NCBI GenBank assembly: GCA_039027595.1
Contig: JBCCKB010000001.1
Location: 1 to 39,202 of the forward strand
From: Pseudomonadota bacterium
Lineage (GTDB): Bacteria > Pseudomonadota > Alphaproteobacteria > Rhodobacterales > Rhodobacteraceae
Direction: 5' to 3'
DNA: 39,202 bases
The position numbers and the translations under genes are program-made. A model generated the notes under the pieces. That model worked only from the letters and a program-made list of their open reading frames with translations. It was not told the DNA's origin and ran no database searches. Below are positions 17,818-26,900 of the stretch, piece by piece; the stretch's first letter is position 1; each line of letters begins with the position of its first letter.

Positions 17818-17833
17818 ACACAACATATAGTGT
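17818..17833. promoter_or_regulatory. Candidate NrdR box upstream of mipZ
   Basis: ACACAACATATAGTGT matches acaCwAtATaTwGtgt at 15 of 16 positions. Confidence 0.6.
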
Positions 17834-17880
17834 CACAAAACGATCAATAGCGCGGTCCTCGGGCAGAATAGGGGCAGGTC

Positions 17881-18693
17881 TTGGCGCATATCATTGTTGT
17901 GGGCAACGAGAAGGGCGGCTCTGGCAAGTCGACCACCTCGATGCATGTGGCGACCGCGTTGGTCCGGATGGGACATAGTGTGGGCACCCTGGACTTAGAT
18001 CTCCGCCAGAAATCGCTGTCACGGTATATCGAGAACCGTCGGGCGTTTCTGGCCCGCGAGGGGATCGATCTTCCATCGCCGGAGTACCGGGACCTCCCCC
18101 AGATCAGCGATGACGCGCTCCGGCCAGGAGAGAACCTGAACGACCGGCGGCTCTCGGCGGCGGTGGTGGGCATGGAGGACAGTTGCGAATTCATCTTGAT
18201 TGACTGCCCGGGCTCGCACACGCGGCTCTCCCAGGTGGCCCACTCGCTCGCCGACACACTCGTGACGCCGCTCAATGACAGTTTCATCGATTTTGATCTC
18301 TTGGCCCATGCCGATCCCGAGACCAACAAGATCCTGGGCCCGTCAATTTATTCAGAGATGGTCTGGAACGCCCGCCAGCTTCGCGCGCAGGCAGGCTTGA
18401 AGCCGATCGACTGGATCGTGGTCCGCAACCGGCTTGGCGCGCAGGCCATGCACAATAAGCGGAAGATGGGAGAGGCGCTTTCGGACCTGGGACGCCGTAT
18501 CGGGTTTCGCGTGGTTCCGGGGTTTTCCGAGCGCGTGATTTTTCGCGAGTTGTTTCCCCGGGGTCTGACCCTGCTGGATCTGCGCGATATCGGGGTGAAG
18601 GGTCAGATGAACATCTCCAATGTCGCGGCCCGCCAGGAACTGCGCGATCTCGTCAGAGAGCTTCATCTTCCGAACGTGACCGTGGATTTCTGA
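17881..18693 (+). CDS. mipZ: Division plane positioning ATPase MipZ
   Basis: GNEKGGSGKSTT, DLDLRQKS, TPLNDSFIDFDLL, ERVIFRELFPRGLTLLD; TTG start. Confidence 0.95.
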   Translation: MAHIIVVGNEKGGSGKSTTSMHVATALVRMGHSVGTLDLDLRQKSLSRYIENRRAFLAREGIDLPSPEYRDLPQISDDALRPGENLNDRRLSAAVVGMEDSCEFILIDCPGSHTRLSQVAHSLADTLVTPLNDSFIDFDLLAHADPETNKILGPSIYSEMVWNARQLRAQAGLKPIDWIVVRNRLGAQAMHNKRKMGEALSDLGRRIGFRVVPGFSERVIFRELFPRGLTLLDLRDIGVKGQMNISNVAARQELRDLVRELHLPNVTVDF

Positions 18694-19669
18694 GCCTCGC
18701 CCGAAGGCGCACCCTACCCAGACGGATCCTCTGGGTGATCCCCGACAGCGCCGCGCGAGGGGCACGGGCACCATCCGCCTCGTGCAGATCTCCGAGCGAA
18801 ATCTCGGCCTGGGTTGGCAGGGGCGCAAATTCTGGATGACAGTGCGGCGCCGTCCCTTTCTCGCCCAGGTCCCGATCGCTGATCCGGCGAAGCTCACCCG
18901 AAAACCCGTGGAGGGCCCACCAAAGCTGCAAGACACCAGCCGTAGCCAAGAGCAGGAGTGCAAGCGCGAATAGGTCGTCTCGAAGGCCCGATGGAACCGG
19001 TGCCGCGAGAACCGCCAGTCTTCCTCCGACATAGGGAGAAACCGCAACGAAGCTCTGGGCAAGGGTCACACCCCGCGCGGCGAGAGCGCCGTGGGCCACA
19101 AGGGTCAGATCCGCAATAGGCGTTTCCGTTCCGAGAAGCGTGACGACCTGGCCATAGTCGCCATCGCCAAGTACCGCCTCGGAGAGCATTGCAGGATCGC
19201 TTGGCGCAGCGTCCGGGTCATCGATGGGCAGAACCACAAGACCAATGGCCGTGCTTCGGTGATCCGGCCCGGTGACCCGACGTTCAACCTGCGCGGACAG
19301 GACGCCACTTTGCTCGGGCGCGCTCCCCGCGAGCCGCGCCGAACCCACGGCGCTGACCGGAAAGACCGGCGCCACGAGAACCCACTGGCGGGGCGACCGG
19401 CCGCGTTCGAAAACGGTCGCGGCGGCGGACATGTCAATTTCTCCGGTAATCCGTACCTCGCCTGCGGGCCCGACATCCCGCCCTGGCGCAAAGTCCTGGA
19501 TCATCACGGGCGGCGGTGGGCCTTGGCGAAGCGCCAGGTCCCGATCGAGCTGCTCTTGAACCGTCACATATCCCGCAAGGAGCCCCACGGCAGCCACCAA
19601 GACCGCCGCGAAGAGAACCTTTCTCGGGTCGCAGATACCGACCAGCACATGCCGCAGAGAGAGCATCAC
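18653..19669 (-). CDS. Hypothetical membrane protein (N-terminal and late TM segments)
   Basis: 338-aa ORF filling the mipZ-putR gap; 41-nt tail-to-tail overlap with mipZ. Confidence 0.6.
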   Translation of the reverse strand: MMLSLRHVLVGICDPRKVLFAAVLVAAVGLLAGYVTVQEQLDRDLALRQGPPPPVMIQDFAPGRDVGPAGEVRITGEIDMSAAATVFERGRSPRQWVLVAPVFPVSAVGSARLAGSAPEQSGVLSAQVERRVTGPDHRSTAIGLVVLPIDDPDAAPSDPAMLSEAVLGDGDYGQVVTLLGTETPIADLTLVAHGALAARGVTLAQSFVAVSPYVGGRLAVLAAPVPSGLRDDLFALALLLLATAGVLQLWWALHGFSGELRRISDRDLGEKGTAPHCHPEFAPLPTQAEISLGDLHEADGARAPRAALSGITQRIRLGRVRLRARLRNPRSRSEDEAL

Positions 19670-19763
19670 CTACCAGCTCTTGGGGCCAAACACGGTTAAC
19701 GTATGTCGCAGCAAGGCGGCACGATCGTGGCAAAGGGGCGGAAAGTTGATGCCTTGAGCAAAG

Positions 19764-20240
19764 CTATGGGGTGCTAACCGGTGGCGTGACGCTATCCTTC
19801 ACCGCCTCCATCGAGACGTAGCTGGATGTCGAGGACACGTGCGGCAAGGCCGATATCACCTCGCCCAGGACATGGCGGTAATCCTTCATGTCGCGGGTGC
19901 GCACTTTCAACAGGTAGTCAAACGAGCCCGCGATCATGTGGCATTCCTCAATCTCAGGAACAGCCCGTGCCGCTGCGTTGAACTCCCGCAGCGCCGCCTC
20001 GCGTGTGTCCAACATCCGCACCTCGGCGAAGGCCACATGCTCTCGACCAAGCTTCGCGAGGTCAAGCATTGCCCGAAAGCCGGTGATATAGCCCTCTTCC
20101 TGGAGCCTGCGGAGGCGGATCTGGCACGGTGTCTTGGACAACCCCACCCGACGCGCCAAATCGGTCACGGTCAATCGGCCATCCTGACCAAGCTCCTGCA
20201 GAATCCGCATGTCGAATCGGTCAATACGTCCATGTTCCAT
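19764..20240 (-). CDS. putR: Lrp/AsnC family proline utilisation regulator
   Basis: LARRVGLSKTPCQIRLRRL HTH, ECHMIAGSFDYLLKV; divergent from putA. Confidence 0.9.
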   Translation of the reverse strand: MEHGRIDRFDMRILQELGQDGRLTVTDLARRVGLSKTPCQIRLRRLQEEGYITGFRAMLDLAKLGREHVAFAEVRMLDTREAALREFNAAARAVPEIEECHMIAGSFDYLLKVRTRDMKDYRHVLGEVISALPHVSSTSSYVSMEAVKDSVTPPVSTP

Positions 20241-20366
20241 GACATTTTCTATCTACTTTCCTAAGATGCGTCTCTAAATTAGCGAAATCACCTGCAAAGT
20301 CGAGAAATTTAGGAGGATTGACTGGCTTGCCTTCTGGTACAAAGGCACAACGCTCTCGGAGACACC

Positions 20367-23300
20367 ATGAACGCCATCGACCATGCCAGGGCGCAGATTC
20401 GCGCGGACCATCTCGCAGATGAGGCCGAGCTTCTCTCGCGGCTCGTTCAGGACGCCTCCTTTAGCGTTGACCAACGCCAGTCAGCCGCCCGCCGTGCCGC
20501 GAGACTTGTTGAGGCAATCCGCGCCGACGACGCGCCGGGGCTGATGGAGGTCTTCCTCGCGGAATACGGGCTGTCGACGGAAGAAGGCATCGCGCTGATG
20601 TGTTTGGCAGAAGCGCTTTTGCGAGTGCCGGATGCCGAAACAGTGGATGCGCTGATAGAGGACAAGATTGCGCCGTCGGAATGGGGCGCGCATCTTGGTC
20701 AATCCTCCTCACCGCTCGTCAACGCGTCAACCTGGGCGCTTCTCTTGACGGGCAAGGTTCTACAAGATGGCCGCGGCGCGGCCGCCGTCCTAAAAGACGC
20801 GCTCCGCCGCCTCGGCGAACCCGTGATCCGCGCCGCCGTGGGTCGCGCGATGCGCGAGATGGGCGCGCAGTTCGTCCTGGGCGAGACCATCGACGCGGCG
20901 GTGGCCCGGGGTGCCGATCGGGTACGGGAGGGCTACTCGTTTTCCTTCGACATGTTGGGCGAAGCGGCGCGAACCGATGACGACGCCCAGGGCTATTTCC
21001 ATGCCTATATGGACGCGATCAACCGGCTTGCGCAGGAGGCGGGCGGTGATCTGCGGACGGGGCCCGGCATCTCGATCAAGCTCTCGGCCCTTCATCCACG
21101 TTACGAGGAAAGCCAACGCGACAAGGTGATGGCCGAACTCGTACCCCGTGCCCTGTCGCTCGCCCTAAAGGCCCGCGAGTTGGGCATGGGGCTTAATATC
21201 GACGCGGAAGAGGCTGACCGGCTTGAGCTGTCGCTCGATGTCATCGAGGCCGTACTGAGTGATCCGCGCCTTGGTGGCTGGGATGGGTTCGGGATCGTGG
21301 TTCAGGCCTACGGCAAACGCGCATCCGCGGTGATCGGCTGGTTTCACGCGCTGAGCGAAGACCTGGACCGCCGGGTGATGCTCCGACTTGTCAAAGGAGC
21401 CTATTGGGACACCGAGATAAAGCGGGCGCAGGTCGAGGGATTGTCCGGTTTCCCGGTCTGGACCCGGAAAGCCGCGACCGATGTAGCTTATCTTGCCTGT
21501 GCAAAACAGCTGCTTGGCCTGACCGACCGGATCTATCCGCAATTCGCGACCCACAACGCGCACAGCGTGGCTGCGATCCTGGAGCTTGGTGCGCCAGCGG
21601 ACACCTATGAGTTCCAACGACTGCACGGGATGGGTGAAAGCTTGCATGACAAGGTGCTGAAAGCGGACGGCACACGCTGCCGGATCTATGCGCCCGTGGG
21701 GGCGCATCGCGACCTTCTCGCCTATCTGGTCCGGCGGCTCTTGGAAAACGGAGCGAACTCGTCGTTCGTCAATCAGATCGTCGACCCCCATGTCCCCGCG
21801 GAGGTTGTCGCCGCCGACCCGTTCGATACCTTAGCACGCGCGGGCGACAATCGCGCGGTCGTATCTCCCACTGACCTCTTTGAGCCCGAGCGTCGAAACG
21901 CGCGGGGATGGGACCTGCACGACCGCGATGATATTTCCGCGATTGAAAGAGCGCGCGCGCCCTTCCAGGACCATTGCTGGGAGGCGGGCCCGCTCATAAA
22001 GGCCGATGTCAGCGGCGCCGCGCGCAAAGACGTGCGCAACCCAGCTAATCCGGACGAAATTGTGGGGCACATCCAGTTCGCTGGTCCTTCCGACGTCGCT
22101 GCCGCAATCACGGCCGCCACGCCGTGGGCGGCAACGCCTTCAGAGCGTGCCCAGACGCTCATCCGTGCGTCCGATCTTTATGAAGCGCGCTATGGCGAGA
22201 TCTTTGCGCTTTTGTGCCGCGAGGCAGGCAAGACACCAAGAGATGCCATTGCCGAGTTGCGGGAAGCCGTCGACTTCTTGCGCTACTACGCGGCGCGGGG
22301 CCGCGAACTCGACGCGCCGGCGCGCGGCGTTATTACCTGCATCAGCCCATGGAATTTCCCGCTCGCCATCTTTACCGGTCAGATCGCCGCCGCGCTGGCG
22401 GCCGGGAATGCTGTTCTTGCCAAACCGGCCGAGGCCACAGGTTTGATCGCCTGTTTGGCCGTCAGCTGCCTTTACGAAGCAGGCGTTCCGCGGAGCGCGC
22501 TCCAGCTCTTGCCAGGCGAAGGGCATGACGTGGGCGCCGCACTGACCTCGGAGCCGCGCGTGGACGGTGTCTGCTACACCGGCTCGACAGCGACGGCCCA
22601 GGCGATCAACCGGTCCATGGCGCGCGCGCTCGACCCAAGCGCGCCGCTGATCGCCGAAACAGGTGGGCTGAACGCGATGATCGTCGACTCAACCGCGCTG
22701 CCCGAGCAAGCGGTGCGCGATATCGTTGTTTCTGCGTTCCAGTCTGCCGGACAGCGCTGTTCCGCCCTCCGCGTGCTCTATCTCCAAGAAGACGTGGAAG
22801 ACGTGATCCTAAACATGCTCTTTGGGGCGATGGACGCGCTTTCACTGGGCGACCCGTGGGAAATGTCGGCCGATGTTGGCCCGGTGATCGATGCCGCGGC
22901 CCAAGACGAGATCGCGCGTCACATCGAGACGGCGCGCTCGGAGGGGCGGCTTCTCAAAATGATCAAGAGGCCCCAAATCGGGCACTTTGTCGGACCGGCG
23001 GTGATCCGTGTGGGCGGGATCGACGACATAGGTCGCGAGATTTTTGGGCCGGTTCTCCATGTCGCATCGTTTCGTGCGGAGGCGCTCGATCGGGTGGTCG
23101 ATGCTGTCAATCAAAGCGGCTATGGGCTTACCTTTGGCATCCACAGCCGGATCGACGACCGGGTCGACCGGGTCGCAAAGCGGCTCAAGGTGGGCAATAT
23201 CTACGTGAATCGCAATCAGATTGGCGCGATCGTTGGCTCCCAGCCCTTTGGTGGCGAGGGCCTTTCGGGCACGGGACCCAAAGCCGGCGGACCGGCCTAT

Positions 23301-23834
23301 GTGCCGCGCTTCGCGAAGCCCGCGAGCCGGCACGCGGCGTTACCGCGCTCCCATCGGGCGCCCGAGGAACGTGTTCAGGCCGCGCTCGACGCCGCGACGC
23401 CCGTGGATGGTGCGCTCTCGGTCGAAAGCCTGCCCGGGCCCACCGGCGAATCCAACCGTCTTTCGGTTCATCCACGGGGCATCATTCTATGTCTTGGTCC
23501 GACGCTTGAACTCGCACAGCGCCAGGCGCGGATCGCCCGGGGCGCTGGGTGTGGCGTCGTGCTGGTCGCGCCGGGCGCCGAGGGGCCCGACGCGGTCCCT
23601 GGGGTGCTCGATCGGACCGCGCTAACAAGGCTCGAGGGATTCAACGGGGTTGCCCTCGCCTCCGACCCGGCCGACCTGAAGACAGCGCGGGAGGCGCTTG
23701 CGCGGCGCGACGGACCGATCATCCCGCTTCTTTCCGAGGACGACCTCGATGCCAGGGTCGTTCTAGAGCGCCATCTCTGTGTCGACACCACCGCGGCCGG
23801 CGGAAACGCACGGCTCTTGGCGCAATCGGGCTGA
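20367..23834 (+). CDS. putA: Bifunctional proline dehydrogenase / L-glutamate gamma-semialdehyde dehydrogenase
   Basis: SFDMLGEAA, RLVKGAYWDTEIK, YLVRRLLENGANSSF, SAGQRCSA, DTTAAGGNA. Confidence 0.98.
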   Translation: MNAIDHARAQIRADHLADEAELLSRLVQDASFSVDQRQSAARRAARLVEAIRADDAPGLMEVFLAEYGLSTEEGIALMCLAEALLRVPDAETVDALIEDKIAPSEWGAHLGQSSSPLVNASTWALLLTGKVLQDGRGAAAVLKDALRRLGEPVIRAAVGRAMREMGAQFVLGETIDAAVARGADRVREGYSFSFDMLGEAARTDDDAQGYFHAYMDAINRLAQEAGGDLRTGPGISIKLSALHPRYEESQRDKVMAELVPRALSLALKARELGMGLNIDAEEADRLELSLDVIEAVLSDPRLGGWDGFGIVVQAYGKRASAVIGWFHALSEDLDRRVMLRLVKGAYWDTEIKRAQVEGLSGFPVWTRKAATDVAYLACAKQLLGLTDRIYPQFATHNAHSVAAILELGAPADTYEFQRLHGMGESLHDKVLKADGTRCRIYAPVGAHRDLLAYLVRRLLENGANSSFVNQIVDPHVPAEVVAADPFDTLARAGDNRAVVSPTDLFEPERRNARGWDLHDRDDISAIERARAPFQDHCWEAGPLIKADVSGAARKDVRNPANPDEIVGHIQFAGPSDVAAAITAATPWAATPSERAQTLIRASDLYEARYGEIFALLCREAGKTPRDAIAELREAVDFLRYYAARGRELDAPARGVITCISPWNFPLAIFTGQIAAALAAGNAVLAKPAEATGLIACLAVSCLYEAGVPRSALQLLPGEGHDVGAALTSEPRVDGVCYTGSTATAQAINRSMARALDPSAPLIAETGGLNAMIVDSTALPEQAVRDIVVSAFQSAGQRCSALRVLYLQEDVEDVILNMLFGAMDALSLGDPWEMSADVGPVIDAAAQDEIARHIETARSEGRLLKMIKRPQIGHFVGPAVIRVGGIDDIGREIFGPVLHVASFRAEALDRVVDAVNQSGYGLTFGIHSRIDDRVDRVAKRLKVGNIYVNRNQIGAIVGSQPFGGEGLSGTGPKAGGPAYVPRFAKPASRHAALPRSHRAPEERVQAALDAATPVDGALSVESLPGPTGESNRLSVHPRGIILCLGPTLELAQRQARIARGAGCGVVLVAPGAEGPDAVPGVLDRTALTRLEGFNGVALASDPADLKTAREALARRDGPIIPLLSEDDLDARVVLERHLCVDTTAAGGNARLLAQSG

Positions 23835-23952
23835 TGCAGATCTTGCACATATCGCGCAATTGAGCTGAGCCGCGAGCAAAAAACCATGGCAAACAGCTTG
23901 AATTTCCAACAAAAGCGGCCTTGGCACAGCTGGCGCTTTGGCCAAGACGCGC

Positions 23953-26900
23953 TTAGCCCGACCCCGCGAGAAGCCGGTCAAGGCGGCGGTTTATCTCGTC
24001 ATAAATCGCATAGTCGATGGCATTGTTGGCCCTAAATATCGCAACCGCCTCGGGGCTCGCCTCCGATGTTCTGGGCGTCACATTCTCGACCGGCAGACCA
24101 TTTGGAACAGGTTTGCCAAGCGCGTCGGCGAGCCAGGTCACGCAATCCTCAAACCTTTCAAGGGTCCCGATGAACCAGTACCGGCCAATCTGGTCCTCCC
24201 AGGTCGCCTCGGTCGCGTCGAACTGCGAAAGATAGCCGCTGCGCCGGGTGGACAGGTATTCATCGAGGGCCATTGGCACGAAATCCGGATCATGTTCGGG
24301 TCGCACGCGAGCTTCGAAAAAGTACTCCGACATCGACTTCTCCAGCGGATCGCGCACAAAGCTCAAAAGCCGCCAGTGGCCCGAAGACTTGAATTCGGGA
24401 TAGCGGTTGAACAACGCCATATCGGGCGCCCAGTAGTGCCCGGCCGCGATCTCATCGGCTCCAAGCGAGGCAAGTTCGATCGGCGGCGTGGCGTAGGTCC
24501 CCCAGGGCTCTGGGTATTCTGGAATCACCTTGAACCAGTTTGACAACACCCGACGAAAGCTCGTTCCACCGGTCTTCGGGATGTGGTGGAAAAAGTAACG
24601 CGGTTCCTCAGCCACATCGTTCCGCGCACCCAGTAGATGCGATGTGAGCCATCGGCGGCTGTCGATCTGCTCGAACGCATCGGGGCCGGTTTCACGAATT
24701 CTGAGGGTTGCATCGTCCCGGCGTGACGGCGTTGAGGCGAGCTCCGACGCGATGCGAACGTAGTCCTTCGTCGTTTCAGCGACCAAGTCATCCAGACCCA
24801 GGGCTTCAAGCCACCCCGCCGCCTGGTGGCCCCGCTGGGTACGCTCGGCGCGCGCCACCACCGGGAGATCGGCACGTAAGGCCTCGAGGGTTGTTGTTGC
24901 TCCCGAATACGGAAACGCAACGAGGTAAACGTCCGCAGACGCGAGCATGTCGCGCACCCCGTCCGCGCCAAGGGGCGGGAGCACGACGACCCGGGTCTCA
25001 TCCACGCCCGCGGACGCGCAGGAGGCCCGCACCCGGCTCGCAAATGCCCTCTCATCGTAATTGCGGTACCAGTTCGCAGCAAAGGGATAGAGGACCAGAA
25101 CCGCATCCGGGCAAGACGCGAGAACGCCAACCCAGGCATCCAGCGCCTCCGGGCTGATCTTGTCTTCCATGGCGCCACTCGTGAGGATGATTTGATCCGC
25201 GCGGATCCCCAGGTTGGCCCTAAGACGCTCGCGCGTGTTCTCGGGGGCTGGGCTCTGCGGACCAAATCCGAAGACCTGGCCGGTGCCAGGCGCGATCACC
25301 ACCGTCTCTGTGCAATCAGCGCGGGCAGCCTCTGGCGCCTGGAGCGCACCGATGATCATCTCATCCACCCGCGTCATGCCGGTGGTGGCGTATTGGGCGG
25401 CCGCAAGCGTGATCTGGCGCGGCGCGAGGCGGTGCGCCGCGATCTCGGCGTCACGCATGAAACCGTGGAAAGCCGCGCCCAGGATCACCGTATCAAGCTC
25501 TTCGCTTCGGATTGCGGCGACGGTATCGGCGACACTGTAGCCCACAAGGGACATGATGCGCGCCGTCCCCACGTCCTGGTCCGTTCCGTCGCGCTGCATG
25601 GTCAGAAATACCGTGACATCCGCGCGGTCCGCTGGGAGCGATTTGAGGATCCCCTTCAGGATCCACGTCTCGGGCACTGGACCGATCGTGCGCACCACGA
25701 TCCCAATCCGCGGACGTGTCCGTGCCAACTGGCCAGCGCGCTTTGGGAGATCGAGCGCATGGCCTTCACGCAAGAGCCGCGCTTCGAGTGCGCGGGCAAA
25801 GGCAACGACATGGGGCTTGAGATCCATGTCACTGAAGAGAAGACCGTTGGGCCGCGTCGCGGTGAGAACCGCGCTCGCCAGCGCCCAGCGCGCCGACCGC
25901 ATTGGCGCCTCCGCGATCATCGCGCGCGCCTCGTGCAAGCGAGCGACGAGAATGTCTTGGTGGCGTTTCAACATCTCGCTTGGCGCACCGGGGCCTGGAT
26001 CGCGGATCAGGATCCGCGCAACCGCGCGCTGAATGTCCCGCGGCAAGTCGGGAACTGCATCAAGCGACACGGCCGCCAAGGCTGGATTACACGGACCGGC
26101 AAGCGCGACCAGCGCAAAGGACCGGAGCCAGCCGATACCCTGCTGAGCCCCCTCTTCTGCGATTTCTGGGTCCGGCGTGACGGTCGCCGCAAGCTCCGCC
26201 AAACGTATGAGATCCTCCGCACCCAACAAGTGCCACATCGCGGCAGGGGCCGTCTCTGAAATCTCTCGAGCCAACCGGGGATAGAGGCCCGCACACTCTG
26301 AGGTCCCATAGCCGGTCTCGCCCGCCTGCTCGAGCACGCGAAGTGCGTGCGCGAGCGACGTGGCGCCGCCTGGCAGTTGGCGAGGCGGCGGCTCACCCTC
26401 GGTTTCGTTCGATGGTACCGGCTCCGGTCGGGGTTGTGGCTCAAGGGTGAGTGCGTGGAGCGCAAGGCCGCCGTGGTCATCATCTGCGACGCCACCCGCA
26501 CCAACCCCGGCCGCGTGGATCGCGAGGTCGACGGGGCCCCCTGTCGGCACCGGCACCTCCACAGTACCGCGCCCGGCCAGACGCAAGCTAAGCCGTGTCT
26601 CCCCATCGATGGTCGCCATGACAAGCGGAGGCGTGTCCGCCACGCGCGGGCCGAGCGGCTCGAGATCAAGCACGAGCGTGGCCTCGGGTTGCGCCGAAAC
26701 CGCCGGGAAGTTCAGGTGAAGCTCGGCCACGGGACCGATCATCAGGGCGGTGCCCGCCGCTTCGAGGTCCCAGCCCGCTCCGAGAAACGGCCGGAGCGCT
26801 CGGGCGGTGCCCGCGCCGGTGCGCTCGCCCGGGTTCACGCGGGGCCCGTGCCCCGGCACCCAACCCAAGGTGGCCAGGGCAACCTCGGCACCCTCCAGGA

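Noticed and set aside
20367-23834. PutA lacking an N-terminal DNA-binding domain
   Set aside because: Normal for bifunctional PutA regulated by a divergent PutR
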